From an uncultured Gemmatimonadales bacterium (GTDB taxonomy: Bacteria > Gemmatimonadota > Gemmatimonadetes > Longimicrobiales > RSA9), in assembly GCA_963741945.1 (NCBI GenBank), contig CAVUKA010000006.1:252486-316485 (forward strand): a stretch of 64,000 bases of DNA. The letters run 5' to 3'. Made by a program: the position numbers and the translations under genes. Positions 18,249 through 29,500 of this stretch are shown here, piece after piece (the stretch's first letter is position 1; each line of letters starts with the position of its first letter). The notes below the pieces were generated by a model, which worked only from the letters and a program-made list of their open reading frames with translations, searched no databases and was not told the origin of the DNA.

Positions 18249-19505
18249 ATGGCGGGATTTCTGCATTGGCTCGAGAGCTACGGGTACATCGGCGTCGCGG
18301 CGGGCGTACTGCTCGAGAGCATGGGCCTGCCGATCCCGGGGGAGACCGCGCTCCTCGTGGGGGCGTTCGCGGCGGCGAAGGGATCGCTGCAGATCGGGTG
18401 GGTGATCGTGGTGGCCGCCGCAGCAGGGATCCTCGGCGACAACCTCGGCTACCTGCTCGGTCGAAGGCTCGGACGCGGCTGGATCCGCGAACACGGCCAA
18501 CGCTTCTTCTTCCCCAGCGAGCGGCTCCGGAAGATGGAGCGCTTCTTCGACCGCTTCGGTGCGGCCGCGGTTGCGCTCGCCCGCTTCGTCACCGGCGTTC
18601 GCGTCGTCGCCGCGTTCGCCGCGGGCGTGAGCCGGCTCGCTTGGGGGAAGTTCCTGGCCTTCAACATCCTCGGGGCCGTTGTCTGGGCGGCGACGATCGG
18701 CGGGCTCGGCTATGCTGCCGGCCGGGGCTCCTCGGCGCTGGGGGTCCAGCCGTGGATGTTCGGTGCCGTCATCGTCGGCGTCATAGCCCTCGTGGCGGCA
18801 GCCGCGTACCTGCGACGCCGCGCGGGCGAGCCGCTGACGCGGTGGGTCAGGGAGAGCTGGCTGGGCCGGCTGCTGTGGCGCGAGGCATGGGTTCTCGCGC
18901 TCAGCGTGTCGGGGCTGGTGCTCTTCGCCAAGGTCGCGGAGGACGTGACGCAAGCGGAGTCCGGGGCTTTCGACGCCGCGATCCGCCATTGGATGCTGAC
19001 CCACCCGTATGCGCCGGCGAGGACGATCCTCGGGGGGCTGAGCTGGCTCGGCGCCCCGGTCGTCGCCCTGCCGGCAACCCTCGCCGTCGCGCTCTGGCTC
19101 TGGTGGCGACGGCGTGCCCTGGCACCCGCCGTGGTCCTGATCGCCGCCCTGTTGGGCTCCGCGCTCTTCCTCGGACTGAAAGCCGCCTTCCACGGCAGCT
19201 ATCCGGCCACCGTCCCGCTGGGCCCGACGCCGCATTACAGCTTCCCGAACGGCCATGCCACCGTGATCACGGCCGTGGCCGCCACGACGGCCTACATCCT
19301 CGTACGCTCCGGACGGCTCGGGTGGGGCGTGGCGCTCGCCGCGTCGCTGCCGGTGATCCTGGTGGTGGGGATGGCGCGCGTGTACCTGGACCTGGCACAC
19401 GCCACCGACGTCATCGGCGGGTGGGCCGTGGGACTGTTCGTTTCCGCCATCGCCGGAACAGCATACGAGACGCTGAGGGACTACCGGCGCAGTCCGCCGC
19501 CCTGA
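18249..19505 (+). CDS. Bifunctional DedA / PAP2 phosphatase membrane protein
   Basis: ESMGLPIPGET, GDNLGYLLGR, ARFVTGVR (DedA); SFPNGH and ARVYLDLAHATDVIGG (PAP2). Confidence 0.9.
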   Translation: MAGFLHWLESYGYIGVAAGVLLESMGLPIPGETALLVGAFAAAKGSLQIGWVIVVAAAAGILGDNLGYLLGRRLGRGWIREHGQRFFFPSERLRKMERFFDRFGAAAVALARFVTGVRVVAAFAAGVSRLAWGKFLAFNILGAVVWAATIGGLGYAAGRGSSALGVQPWMFGAVIVGVIALVAAAAYLRRRAGEPLTRWVRESWLGRLLWREAWVLALSVSGLVLFAKVAEDVTQAESGAFDAAIRHWMLTHPYAPARTILGGLSWLGAPVVALPATLAVALWLWWRRRALAPAVVLIAALLGSALFLGLKAAFHGSYPATVPLGPTPHYSFPNGHATVITAVAATTAYILVRSGRLGWGVALAASLPVILVVGMARVYLDLAHATDVIGGWAVGLFVSAIAGTAYETLRDYRRSPPP

Positions 19506-19587
19506 CCTGGAGCCCCCGGCGCGCCTTGCGCGGTCGGCTCCACCGCCCCTGACGCGGACACGGTGAACGAGGTGTCGGACGGGCGCG

Positions 19588-21456
19588 TCAGTCGGTCGGG
19601 CGACCCCTGGCCGCGGCTCGCTCCCGGTACGCCGTGTTCCCGTTCGGCAGTCCGAGCCTATCCAGGATCGCCGCGAATCGCGGCTCCTCCCGCATTCCGT
19701 CGTACTCGCCCAGCACGGCCGCCAGGCCGATCCATGGGTTCCGGTCGGCGGCGCCGGCTTCGACGACACGGATGGCGTCCTCGGTGGACCCGGCCCAGCT
19801 GTAGAGGGCGGCCACGAAGTAGAGGCCGGGGCCGGTCTTCCGCTCCAGGTCGCGCACAGCGTCGATCGCGGCGGGCGAGGGATCGGTCCCGGGATACGCC
19901 CGCGCCACGTCCCGCAGTGCGCTCTCCGGTGCGGCCTGCCCGTGCGCGAGCGCCTCGAGGCTGGCCGCCGCCGCGCGGCGTTGACCGAGCCGGAACAGGA
20001 GCCCCGCTTCCATGAGCCGTGCCAGCGTGATGTCCGGCTCGAGCACCAGCGTTCGCCGGACCTGCGCCAGCGCCTCCTCGTCCCGACCGAGGCCCGCGAG
20101 AGGCAGGGCGAGCAGCAGGTTGGCGACCGCGCCAAGCGGGTTCAGCTCGACCGCCCGACGGCAGGCGGAAAGCGCTTCGGCGTCCCGCCCCTCGATCGCA
20201 CGGGTCTCGCACAGCCAGGCGTACGCCGGCTCGTAGTTCGGATTCAGCTCTATCGCGCGCAGGAGGTAGCGCTCACCCTCCGCGAAATCGAACTCGTACT
20301 CCGTCGCGATGATGCCGCGCGCCGCGCGCGCCTCGGCCAGGTCGGGAGCCAGCCCGAGCGCCCGCTCTGCGGCGTTCAGGGCCTCCGGGTAGGCGACCCT
20401 GCCCGTCACGGTACGGTCGTAGAAGGGGAGGACGCCCCATGCGTCGGCGAGGCCGGCCCAGGCGAGGGCGAAGGTCGAGTCGCGAGCGATGGCCTGCTCG
20501 TAAAAGTCGATCGCCTCGCGCAGGGAGCGCGCGTTGCGCGTCGCCCACTCGTGGCGCCCGCGCAGGTAGAGGTCGTACGCGGCGAGGTCGAGCGTCCGCC
20601 GCTCCGCCTGGAGGTTGGCGGCCCCCGGTCGCAGCTCCCGGGTCAGTGCCCCCGCGATCTGGGCCGTGAGCTCGTCCTGGATCGCGAACACGTTGGCGGC
20701 GGTCAGCTCCCGTTCCAGGACCTCCGACCAGATCTGAAAGCCGTCGCTGGTGCGGCTGAGCTGCACGGCGATGCGAATCGTACCGCTCGACCGGCGAACG
20801 CTGCCTTCGACGATTGCCCCGACGCCGAGATCCTGTCCGATACTGCGGGCGTCCACGTCGCGCCCCTTGAACGCGAGCGAGGAAGTGCGTGCCGCGACCC
20901 GCAGACCGTCGACCTGTGAGAGGGCGTTGCTGAGCTCCTCGGAAAGGCCGTCGCTGAACGACTGGTCCTCCACGTCGTCGATGCTGGTGAAGGGGAGCAC
21001 GGCCACGAAGCCGATCGGAAGCGACTCGGCCGGGACCCGCGCGGCGGCCGCCGTGCCGGGCGCCACACCCCGGTCTTCGCCCACACGGATGCCGGCCCAC
21101 CAGGTGCCGCTCATGAGCAGGACGACGCCGGACAGTCCGAGCAACCCGGCCGCCCAGCGCTTCGAGCGCGGCTGGGCCAGGATGGCATCGAGCTCATCGT
21201 TGCGCGCGTGACCGGTCCGCTCCACGCCGTGCGTGGTGAGGTCGAAGGTCCAGGCCACGAACACGGCGAACGGAAAGGCCGCCAGGCAGAGCACGATGAG
21301 CCAGGTCACGGCGCTCTCCGGCAGGCCCAGCGCGGGGAACACGATGTCGGCGAGCTGCAGGAGGGCGAACGCGCCGGCGCCGTAGATCGCCATGGCCCGG
21401 AAGACTTTCCGGCGCTTGAAGTCGGCGAGGAGACGCGGCCAGAATCGGGGCGTCAT
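19588..21456 (-). CDS. Membrane-anchored TolB-like/TPR sensor protein
   Basis: FKRRKVFR plus TM helices, VAVLPF, FSDGLSEEL, VAARTSS, AYDLYLRG, TPR repeats. Confidence 0.88.
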   Translation of the reverse strand: MTPRFWPRLLADFKRRKVFRAMAIYGAGAFALLQLADIVFPALGLPESAVTWLIVLCLAAFPFAVFVAWTFDLTTHGVERTGHARNDELDAILAQPRSKRWAAGLLGLSGVVLLMSGTWWAGIRVGEDRGVAPGTAAAARVPAESLPIGFVAVLPFTSIDDVEDQSFSDGLSEELSNALSQVDGLRVAARTSSLAFKGRDVDARSIGQDLGVGAIVEGSVRRSSGTIRIAVQLSRTSDGFQIWSEVLERELTAANVFAIQDELTAQIAGALTRELRPGAANLQAERRTLDLAAYDLYLRGRHEWATRNARSLREAIDFYEQAIARDSTFALAWAGLADAWGVLPFYDRTVTGRVAYPEALNAAERALGLAPDLAEARAARGIIATEYEFDFAEGERYLLRAIELNPNYEPAYAWLCETRAIEGRDAEALSACRRAVELNPLGAVANLLLALPLAGLGRDEEALAQVRRTLVLEPDITLARLMEAGLLFRLGQRRAAAASLEALAHGQAAPESALRDVARAYPGTDPSPAAIDAVRDLERKTGPGLYFVAALYSWAGSTEDAIRVVEAGAADRNPWIGLAAVLGEYDGMREEPRFAAILDRLGLPNGNTAYRERAAARGRPTD

Positions 21457-21666
21457 CCTCGGGCGCGCTCCAACCCGCCCGTAATTCCGACCATTGCCAT
21501 GGAAACCGGCTCCAGTACTATCGAGAGACCCGAACCACGACAGGCGTTCGACGGATTGGGATGCGTGCTACACCGGGACCCGTGGGACGGTCCCGGGCAC
21601 ATGGCGCGGAGCGCGGTCCGCCCCACCCGGTCGTGCTCCGGCCGCGCTCCCCGCGCGGCCGGGCCG

Positions 21667-21951
21667 CTACGCCGGGGTCTCCGGACGGTCCGCCACGGCC
21701 GGGGGTGGCGCCTCCGGTGCCTGCATGCGCGCGGCGAGGAGCTGCCGATTGTGCTCTTCGATGGCGCGCTGCGTCCGACTCCTGAGCCCGTGCGGCGCGA
21801 GCCGGCCACATTGTCCGCTGCCCTCGCGGTCCGGGACACAAAGTCCGTAACACCAGGATGTCCGATTCCGGGTGAGCGGGCAGCCGCGCGTGTATTCTCT
21901 CACGCCCTTGCGGGCTCGGACCTTACGAACCGAGTTCTTTCCGTCTCGCAA
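21667..21951 (-). CDS. Putative small Cys-containing protein
   Basis: TTG-start 94-aa ORF in an otherwise empty gap; four Cys plus His in CPLTRNRTSWCYGLC...CGRLAPH. Confidence 0.45.
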   Translation of the reverse strand: MRDGKNSVRKVRARKGVREYTRGCPLTRNRTSWCYGLCVPDREGSGQCGRLAPHGLRSRTQRAIEEHNRQLLAARMQAPEAPPPAVADRPETPA

Positions 21952-22147
21952 CAGTCACCGTCCGGGGCAGGAGTCGACGCGGCGGGCCCTCCCCGTCACG
22001 CCGCCGCGCGCACGCATCAACGTACCATGTGCCGCGCGGGCGAAACAGCATCTCGTTCGCCTCCGAAGCCGGGTGGGGCCACTGGCGGATTCTGCGGGCC
22101 GCGGGGGCATTGTCGTCGCAGCCCGCCCATGCTACGCTTGCCGGACC

Positions 22148-23116
22148 ATGCGCACCGATGAGCTTCGGCTGCCCGCCACCGACGGCAAGCAGATCTTCGT
22201 CTACCGCTGGGCCCCGGAGGACGACGATCCGGCCCGTGGCTCGGTCCAGATCGCGCACGGCATGGCCGAGCACGCCGGCCGCTACGCTCGGGTGGCGGAG
22301 CGGCTGACCGCGGCCGGGTACGTGGTCTGGGCGAATGACCTCCGGGGGCACGGTCGCACGGCCGCCTCTCCGGCGGAGCTCGGCTCGCTCGGAGACCACG
22401 ACGGCTGGACGTTGACGCTGCACGACCTGGCCACACTCGACGAGCACGTCAGGACGGAGCTGCCCGGCGTGCCTCGCTGCCTCCTCGGGCACAGCATGGG
22501 CTCCTTCCTGGCCCAGGCGGACATGGCCCGCCGGCCCGGCGCCTACCACGCCGTGGTGCTCAGCGGCTCAAACGCCGGCGGGGGCGCCCTCGTCACGGCC
22601 GGCCGCCTGATCGCGCGGCTCGAGCGCGTGCGCCTGGGGCGCCGCGGGCACAGCCCTCTGCTGAGGGGCATGACCTTCGACAGCTGGAACAAGGCCTTCA
22701 GGCCCAACCGCACCGGGTTCGACTGGCTGTCGCGTGACGAGGCGGAGGTCGACGCGTACGTGCGCGACCCGTTGTGCGGCATCCCGATCGCGACACAGAT
22801 GTGGATCGACCTGCTCGATGCGCTCAGCCGGCTGGGGCGCAGCGAGACGTACGCGCACATCCCGCGCGATCTCCCGATCCTCGTCATCGCCGGAACGCGT
22901 GATCCCGTCGGCGACTTCACCAGGGGCCTCGAGCGCCTGCTGCGCGCCTACGGCCGCGTCGGGCTCACGCGCGTCGCCCACCGCTTCTATCCGGGGGCGC
23001 GCCACGAGCTGTTCCACGAGACCAACCGCGACGAGGTGCTCACCGACCTGGTGGAGTGGCTCGACACCTCGCTGGCCAGCCCGGGCGGCACTCCGGGGTG
23101 CATCTTCGGAGCATGA
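22148..23116 (+). CDS. Alpha/beta hydrolase (lysophospholipase-like)
   Basis: HGMAEH, DLRGHG, GHSMGS, WLSRD, GARHELFHETNR. Confidence 0.93.
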   Translation: MRTDELRLPATDGKQIFVYRWAPEDDDPARGSVQIAHGMAEHAGRYARVAERLTAAGYVVWANDLRGHGRTAASPAELGSLGDHDGWTLTLHDLATLDEHVRTELPGVPRCLLGHSMGSFLAQADMARRPGAYHAVVLSGSNAGGGALVTAGRLIARLERVRLGRRGHSPLLRGMTFDSWNKAFRPNRTGFDWLSRDEAEVDAYVRDPLCGIPIATQMWIDLLDALSRLGRSETYAHIPRDLPILVIAGTRDPVGDFTRGLERLLRAYGRVGLTRVAHRFYPGARHELFHETNRDEVLTDLVEWLDTSLASPGGTPGCIFGA

Positions 23117-24627
23117 ACGACGCGTCACCCCAGGGCCGCACGCCGGACGCGGCGGGCCAAGCGCCGTGCGCGGGCGGGATCGTGCTCCTCACGGGCGCCA
23201 CCGGCTATGTCGGCGGGCGGCTGCTCGCCCCGCTGCTCGAGCGGGGCAACCGGATTCGCGCCCTGTCGCGGCGGCCGGACGAGCTCCGGGCGCGCCTGGA
23301 CCGGGACGTGGAGGTGGTGGGCGGCGACGTCCTCGACCCGGACTCCCTGGGCGCGGCGCTGGACGGTGTGGAAGCCGCGTACTACCTGGTCCACTCGATG
23401 GGCTCCGCCGGCGGCTTCCGGGAGGAGGACCGGGAGGCGGCGACGAACTTCGCCGCGGCCGCGTCGGCTGCGGGCGTGCGTCGCGTGATCTACCTGGGCG
23501 GGCTGGGTCGCGACACCGACCTCTCGCCGCACCTGGCGAGCCGGCAGGAAGTCGGCCGGATCCTGCGCGAGCAGGGACCACCGACCATCGAGCTGCGGGC
23601 GTCCGTGATCCTCGGATCGGGCAGCCTCTCGTTCGAGATGATCCGCGCGCTCGTGGAGCGCCTCCCCGTGCTGGTGACACCGCGCTGGGTGAATCGTCGG
23701 GCGCAGCCCATCGCCGTGGAGGACGTGATCGCCTACCTCCTGGCGTCGCTCGACGTCCCGCTGGACGGCTCCGAGGTGGTGGAGATCGGCGGCGCCGAAC
23801 GGATCTCCTACCGCGGACTCATGGAGGAGTACGCGCGACAGCGGGGGCTGCGGCGCGTGTTCCTGCCGGTGCCGGTGCTCACCCCCCGGCTGTCGTCGCT
23901 CTGGCTCGGGCTGGTCACGCCGATCTACGCCCGCGTCGGACGGAAACTCATCGACAGCGTGCGCTACGACACGGTCGTGGAGTCGCCCCGCGCCCGCGAG
24001 CTCTTCCCGGAGATTCACCCCAGGGGCGTGGCCGACGCCATTGCCCGCTCACTGGCCCGGGAGGACTACGACTTCGCCCGCACCCGCTGGTCCGACGCCC
24101 GCTCCGCCGCGGGCGACCCGCAGCCGTTCGGCGGCGAGCGCCTCGGCTCGCGTCTCGTCGACACCCGCGAAGCCGCCGTCGCCGTGCCGCCGGCACGGGC
24201 GTTCGAGCCCGTGCGCCGCGTCGGCGGCGGGACCGGCTGGTACTTCGGCGACGCGCTCTGGCGGCTTCGCGGATTCCTCGACCTGCTGGTGGGCGGCCCC
24301 GGCCTCCGCCGAGGACGCCGCGACCCCGCCACCCCGCTCCCCGGTGATGCCATCGACTTCTGGCGCGTGGAAGCGTACGAGCCCGACCGGCTGCTGCGGC
24401 TCCGTGCCGAGATGCGCCTGCCGGGCCGCGCCTGGCTCCAGTTCGAGGTGGACGATGACGGCCGCGGCAACGCCCGCATCCGCCAGACCGCTCTCTTCGA
24501 GCCCGCCGGACTGGCGGGCCTCGCCTACTGGTACGCGCTCTGGCCGGTCCACTCGCTCGTGTTCGGCCGCATGCTGCGCGGCATCGCGGCCGCGGCCGGC
24601 GAGGAGGCGAGCGCCGGCGGACGGTAG
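23113..24627 (+). CDS. SDR/NAD(P)-binding oxidoreductase with DUF2867 (YbjT-like)
   Basis: TGATGYVG, YYLVHSM, HLASRQEVG, DFWRVE, RAEMRLPGRAWL. Confidence 0.92.
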   Translation: MNDASPQGRTPDAAGQAPCAGGIVLLTGATGYVGGRLLAPLLERGNRIRALSRRPDELRARLDRDVEVVGGDVLDPDSLGAALDGVEAAYYLVHSMGSAGGFREEDREAATNFAAAASAAGVRRVIYLGGLGRDTDLSPHLASRQEVGRILREQGPPTIELRASVILGSGSLSFEMIRALVERLPVLVTPRWVNRRAQPIAVEDVIAYLLASLDVPLDGSEVVEIGGAERISYRGLMEEYARQRGLRRVFLPVPVLTPRLSSLWLGLVTPIYARVGRKLIDSVRYDTVVESPRARELFPEIHPRGVADAIARSLAREDYDFARTRWSDARSAAGDPQPFGGERLGSRLVDTREAAVAVPPARAFEPVRRVGGGTGWYFGDALWRLRGFLDLLVGGPGLRRGRRDPATPLPGDAIDFWRVEAYEPDRLLRLRAEMRLPGRAWLQFEVDDDGRGNARIRQTALFEPAGLAGLAYWYALWPVHSLVFGRMLRGIAAAAGEEASAGGR

Positions 24628-24692
24628 AGAACCCAGACGCTCACGGCAACTTCGATCGACGAGGCCGGGTGGCCGGCACACCGGTCTTCCAC

Positions 24693-26471
24693 TCACCCCC
24701 CTCTCGCCCCCACCGCCGCGCGCCGCAGCCCCATGAAGAACCGCCGCGCGTTCACGCCCAGCGTGCGGGTCCTGTACCCGCCCTCCTGGACGACCAGCGT
24801 GGGCAGCCCGAGCGCGCCGATCCTCTCGCCGTTCTTCTCGAAGTCCTCTGCCGCGAGCGACCAGGTGCCGGTCGGGTCGTTCTTCGCCGGGTCGAGGCCG
24901 AGCGCGACGACCAGGAAGCGCGGATCGAATTCCTGCACGCGGGCGAGCGCCTTGCCGAGCGCCTTCCTGTAGCGGGCTCCATCGACGCGCTCGGGCAGCG
25001 CGAGGTTCACGTTCATCCCCTCGCCCTCCCCTTCCCCGACCTCCTCCTCGAAGCCGGAGAAGTACGGGTAGGCGAAGCGCGGGTGGCCGTGGATCGAGAC
25101 GGTCAGCACATCCGCGCGCCGCCAGAAGATGTCCTGCTGGCCGTTGCCATGGTGGTAGTCGACGTCGAGGATCGCCACGGTGCCGTGCTCGGCCAGCAGC
25201 TCCGCGGCCACCGCGGCGCTGTTGAAGTAGCAGAACCCGCCGAACGAGCGGCGCTCGGCGTGGTGGCCGGGCGGGCGAACGAGCGCGTAGCCGAGCCACA
25301 CGCCGTTCAGCACCTCGTCGGCTGCGGTCAGCGCGCAGTCGACGGCGCCGCGGGCGGCGAGGTAGGCGTTGCGGTTGAGCGGCGTGAACGTGTCGATGCA
25401 GTAGTAGCCGGCGCGCGTGGCCAGGTCCTCGGGCGGGCGCGCCGCGTTGCGGATCGGGAAGACGTACGGGTACACCGACTTCCCTTCCGGCGTCTCCGCG
25501 CACACCCGCTCGAGGTAGCGGACGAAGCCGGCATCGTGGACCCGGGTGATGCGCGCGTCCGGGAAGGGGCGCGGCTCCACGCGGCGGAACGCGCCGGTCG
25601 GCTCCAGCTCCTTCAGGATCGCCGGAATCCGCACCGGCGCCTCCACGTAGCCGCGCTCACGGACGTGGTGGATCTGGTGCCCCTCGTTGACGACGAGCGC
25701 GACGACGTGGGGCCCGCTGGCGACGCGGCCACCCGCCGCCGCGACCGCCGCCGCGCCGGGCCCCCTGTGGTTGCCGCCCGGTTTCGGCCGCGGCCCGGCG
25801 AGCGGCTCGAGGCGCACCGGGTGGTCGGTGAACGAGGCGACGACGCGCTCGATGTACTCCGCCGGGCAGTAGCCGCCGTAGCGGCGCTCGAGGATGGCGC
25901 GGGCGATGGCGGCGCCCTCGTCGCGTGCCAGCGGCCGGTCGCGACCGAGGCCGTCGTACAGCAGCAGCGGCGCTTCAGAGTCCGACCCGACGGGGGTCTC
26001 CCACGCCGTTCCGGCGACGCGCTGGACGCCCCACTGCGCATAGAAGCGGAGGCGGGCGCGGTTGGCACGGCGCGCGTCCTCGCCGAGCTGCGGATCGTCG
26101 GCGGGCATCACTTCCATGAAAACGCCCACGCAGCCGAGCGCCGCCGCCTCCTCGCGCACCCGCTCGTACAGCGCGCCGCCGACGCCACCGGTCTCCCCGC
26201 GCGCGGCCGCGATGAAGTCGAGGAACGCGAAGCGGAGATCGGGCGCGTGCCGCACCAGCGCGAAGCCCCGCGTGCGCCCCGCGCTCGTCTGCGCAACGAA
26301 CAACAGCGTCCGGAAATCGGAGCGGGCCGGATGTCGCAGCTCGTCCGGCATCGCCGCCACCAGCCGCTCCGCCACGCCGCGGAACCGGGCCCTCAGCATG
26401 GCCTGCGCCTCCTCCACCGCCGCGGCGTCCTCGGCGGCGCGGATGTCGTAGATGCGGCGGATGCGGAGCAA
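24693..26471 (-). CDS. GNAT-like domain fused to HDAC-family acetylpolyamine amidohydrolase
   Basis: N-terminal GGVGGALYERVRE...RLRFY; C-terminal RPPGHH, GGFCYFN, DVDYHHGNG, QEGGY; TTG start. Confidence 0.9.
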   Translation of the reverse strand: MLRIRRIYDIRAAEDAAAVEEAQAMLRARFRGVAERLVAAMPDELRHPARSDFRTLLFVAQTSAGRTRGFALVRHAPDLRFAFLDFIAAARGETGGVGGALYERVREEAAALGCVGVFMEVMPADDPQLGEDARRANRARLRFYAQWGVQRVAGTAWETPVGSDSEAPLLLYDGLGRDRPLARDEGAAIARAILERRYGGYCPAEYIERVVASFTDHPVRLEPLAGPRPKPGGNHRGPGAAAVAAAGGRVASGPHVVALVVNEGHQIHHVRERGYVEAPVRIPAILKELEPTGAFRRVEPRPFPDARITRVHDAGFVRYLERVCAETPEGKSVYPYVFPIRNAARPPEDLATRAGYYCIDTFTPLNRNAYLAARGAVDCALTAADEVLNGVWLGYALVRPPGHHAERRSFGGFCYFNSAAVAAELLAEHGTVAILDVDYHHGNGQQDIFWRRADVLTVSIHGHPRFAYPYFSGFEEEVGEGEGEGMNVNLALPERVDGARYRKALGKALARVQEFDPRFLVVALGLDPAKNDPTGTWSLAAEDFEKNGERIGALGLPTLVVQEGGYRTRTLGVNARRFFMGLRRAAVGARGG

Positions 26472-26585
26472 GGTTCCAGGTCCGGGGTCGGGGGTCTCGA
26501 CGCCTGCCGGACCATCCGGCGCATCGTAGTCCGTCGAGGCCGTGAAAAGAATATGCGGAAAACGCGTGCCGCGCCGGCTTCCGGG

Positions 26586-29500
26586 CTAGAAGCGGTGGGT
26601 CCAGAACAGGAAGGTCCCGAACGAACGCGCGAGCGTCGGGGTCTGGAGGGTCAGCGACGGGTCGCTGGGCAGGTACCGGGGCTGCCACGTGGTCTCCCAG
26701 GAGAAATGGCCCGGGGTCCGGTACTCCACCCGGATGCCGGGGATGCCGCTGGAGATGCGCTCCTGCAGGCCCAGGTAGATCCGCGGGCTCACGTACTTCC
26801 CGGCCTCCACCTCCGTGCTGCGGAGGAAGTTCTGGAAATAGCCGTCGAAGGACAGCTCGGTGGGCAGGGACGCGGGGTGGATGCGGAAGACGTCGAGCCC
26901 GGCGCGGGTGCCGCTCCGCTGAATCTGCGAGACCTCTCGGTCCATGAAGCTGCCCAGCGCGAGGCCCGTGAGCTGCTGCTGGGCGATGGCCGGGAGGCCG
27001 TCGGCGCCCCCGGATGCGGCAGTGAGCCCGCTCCCCTGGAGGCTGAGGAGGGAGGACGAGGTGCGCCCGAACGCCAGGTAGCTGATCAGCTCGCTCTGAG
27101 GCAGCGGCGGCTGGGCGTTGCTCTCGAGGGAGATCCGGGGCTGCCGTGCCGTCCCCAGCACATGGATCTGGATCAGCAGCGTCTCCCGGTCCTGGCGGGG
27201 CACATCGTACTCGCCGTTGATATGGAGCAGCGGATCGATCTGCTGGGCGCCGGTGAACGTGATGGCACCGGACGTGAGGCGGAAGAGCCGCCCCGCGTAG
27301 GTGTACTCGCCCCGGTCCGCGTTGACCACGCCGCGCAGCGTGAGGTTCTGGCGCCCGTGCGACATCCGGATGTGCAGCGGCTCCGTGCCACCGCCGGTGT
27401 AGACTTCGACGTTGCCATCCGTGTTCCGGACCCACGTGTTGCGGGCGATGCTGACCCGCACGTCCGCCGTCAGGTTGGACAGCAGCGGATTGCTGGTTGG
27501 CAGGACCCCGGGTCGCACCGCGGACGTGTCGATGGCCGGTGCGATCTCCGGGTTCTGGAGATTCGTCACGTGCCGGATGCTGGTGGGCGCCGGCGCGTAG
27601 ATCGCGCCGCCCAGGATGTGCACCTGTCCGGTCACGTCCAGCGTCGGGTAGCGGCCGCCGATGTCCAGGTCGCCATCGGCGCGCACGCGACCGAGTGAAT
27701 TGTCGAACACCAGCGCGTTCCGGGAGCGAACCGTGAGGTCGAACGCGGGCGAGCTGAGCGGCTTCAGTCCGATCCCCCCGCTCACGATGAAGCTCCCGGG
27801 TCCCGTGCGGGCCACCAGTGAGTCCACGCGCGCGGAGTCGCCCCGGAGAACCAGGGCGCCGGTCACGGCATTGAAGTCCACGCCGGTGTAGGCGACGCGG
27901 AGCGATGACAGATCGACGCGCAGGTCGCCCCGCGTCACCGGCTCGTTCCACGTCCCTCGCACCGTCAGGTCACCGGCCAGGCCACCGTGGACATCGGACA
28001 CCCCGCTGCTCACCCGGGACAAAAGGTCCGCCGGGAGCGAATCGGCGCGCACGTCAACGGAGATCGGCCCCGGGAGCCGCCGCGAGCCGGGGACGCTGGT
28101 GAGGGAGAGATCGAACGGCAGCGTCGCATCCGCCACCACGAGCGTGTCCGTGGTCACCGCGCCCCCACCGGCGGCCGGCGTGGCACCGGCGGTGGTGGCG
28201 ACGACCGGCGCGGCGGGCTCCACGGACCGGGCCAGCGTGGCGTGGGTGGTGAGCCGCCGGTCTGCGTAGTCGAGCCGGGCGTGGGCGCGCGGCAGGGCGA
28301 TGGTCCCCCAGGAGCCGTGGACCAGGCCCACGGTCGCCCGGAGCTGCGGCGACGACCGGGGCCCGCGCAGCCCCGCATGGAGCGAGAGGAGCCCGGTGAT
28401 GGGGGTGGTATCCTGGATCAGGGTGGTGACCTGGCCGAGGGCTAGGCTGTCCACGTCCAGCGTCATGTCCGCCGGCCCGCTCACCGGCACCTGCCCGTCG
28501 AGGATCACGCGCCCGCCCGCGTTGCTGGCCAGCGACAGGCTGTCGACGGAAAGGCCGGGTCCGCCCCAGTCGATGGCGCTCGTCCGCGTCGACCGCCACG
28601 TGGTGGTGTCGAAGCGGAGCAGGACCCGGTTCAGCTGCGCGTGGTTCCGGTTCAGGGAGAGGGAGAAGCTCGAACCCAGCCGGTACTCGGTGGCCGTGTC
28701 CTGGAACAGCGCGATGTCGGCGGTGCCGTGCCCCTGCCGGGTCTTTCCAGTGTACGCCAGGCGGACGTCCGCGCTGTCGAACGTGAACCCACGAGTCCGC
28801 AGCGTGTCGACGGTGCCCGCCAGCACGACCGCAGGGGAGTCGGTGCCGAAGTCCCGCACCTGGTACGTGGCGGCCGCGTGCGCCACCGCGCTGCCCACCA
28901 TCACCACGTGGTCCACTGTCGCGCTCCCCCGGGTGTCGAAGCGATGGATGTTCCCGGTGATCGTACCCCGCGCCCGCACCGACCCGGCCACGGAGTCACG
29001 CGGCAGGGGCGGGATCGTGTCCAGCCGGAGCCTCGGGGGCGGCGGATATCCCACGGCCATCCGCTGCACTTCCGTCTGTCGCGCCAGTCTCGCGGAATCC
29101 CGCTTCGCCCGGGCCAGCGCCCGGGCCTGGCTCGCGGGCCGGGGCGCGACCACGCCCGTGCCGGACGGGAATGCGGAGCTGTAGGCGCCGAGGGAGTCGA
29201 GCCGGATGTCGTACGTCAGTGTGCCGCTGGTCCCGGCGACGAGGCCGAAGCGGCCGTGGGCGTCCGCCGCCAGCGAGTTCATCCGCACCTGACCTCGCCG
29301 GACATCGGCCACGCCGTTCTGGAGCCGCACCGCCACGTGCGTAGAGTCGAGCCGGCGTCCCCGGACGGCCAGGTCGACCATGTCGGCCCGCACGGTGGCA
29401 TCCATGGTGGCCAGGTGCGTGCCCGCCCCGGCCACCGAGGCGGTTCCCGTGAGCAGCGTTTGGGGCGCCCGGGTCGAAGCGGCGCTGGCATCGAAGTGGT

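Noticed and set aside
24669-27698. 1009-aa plus-strand ORF
   Set aside because: Antisense shadow of the HDAC and tamB genes; high GC suppresses stop codons and it has no motifs
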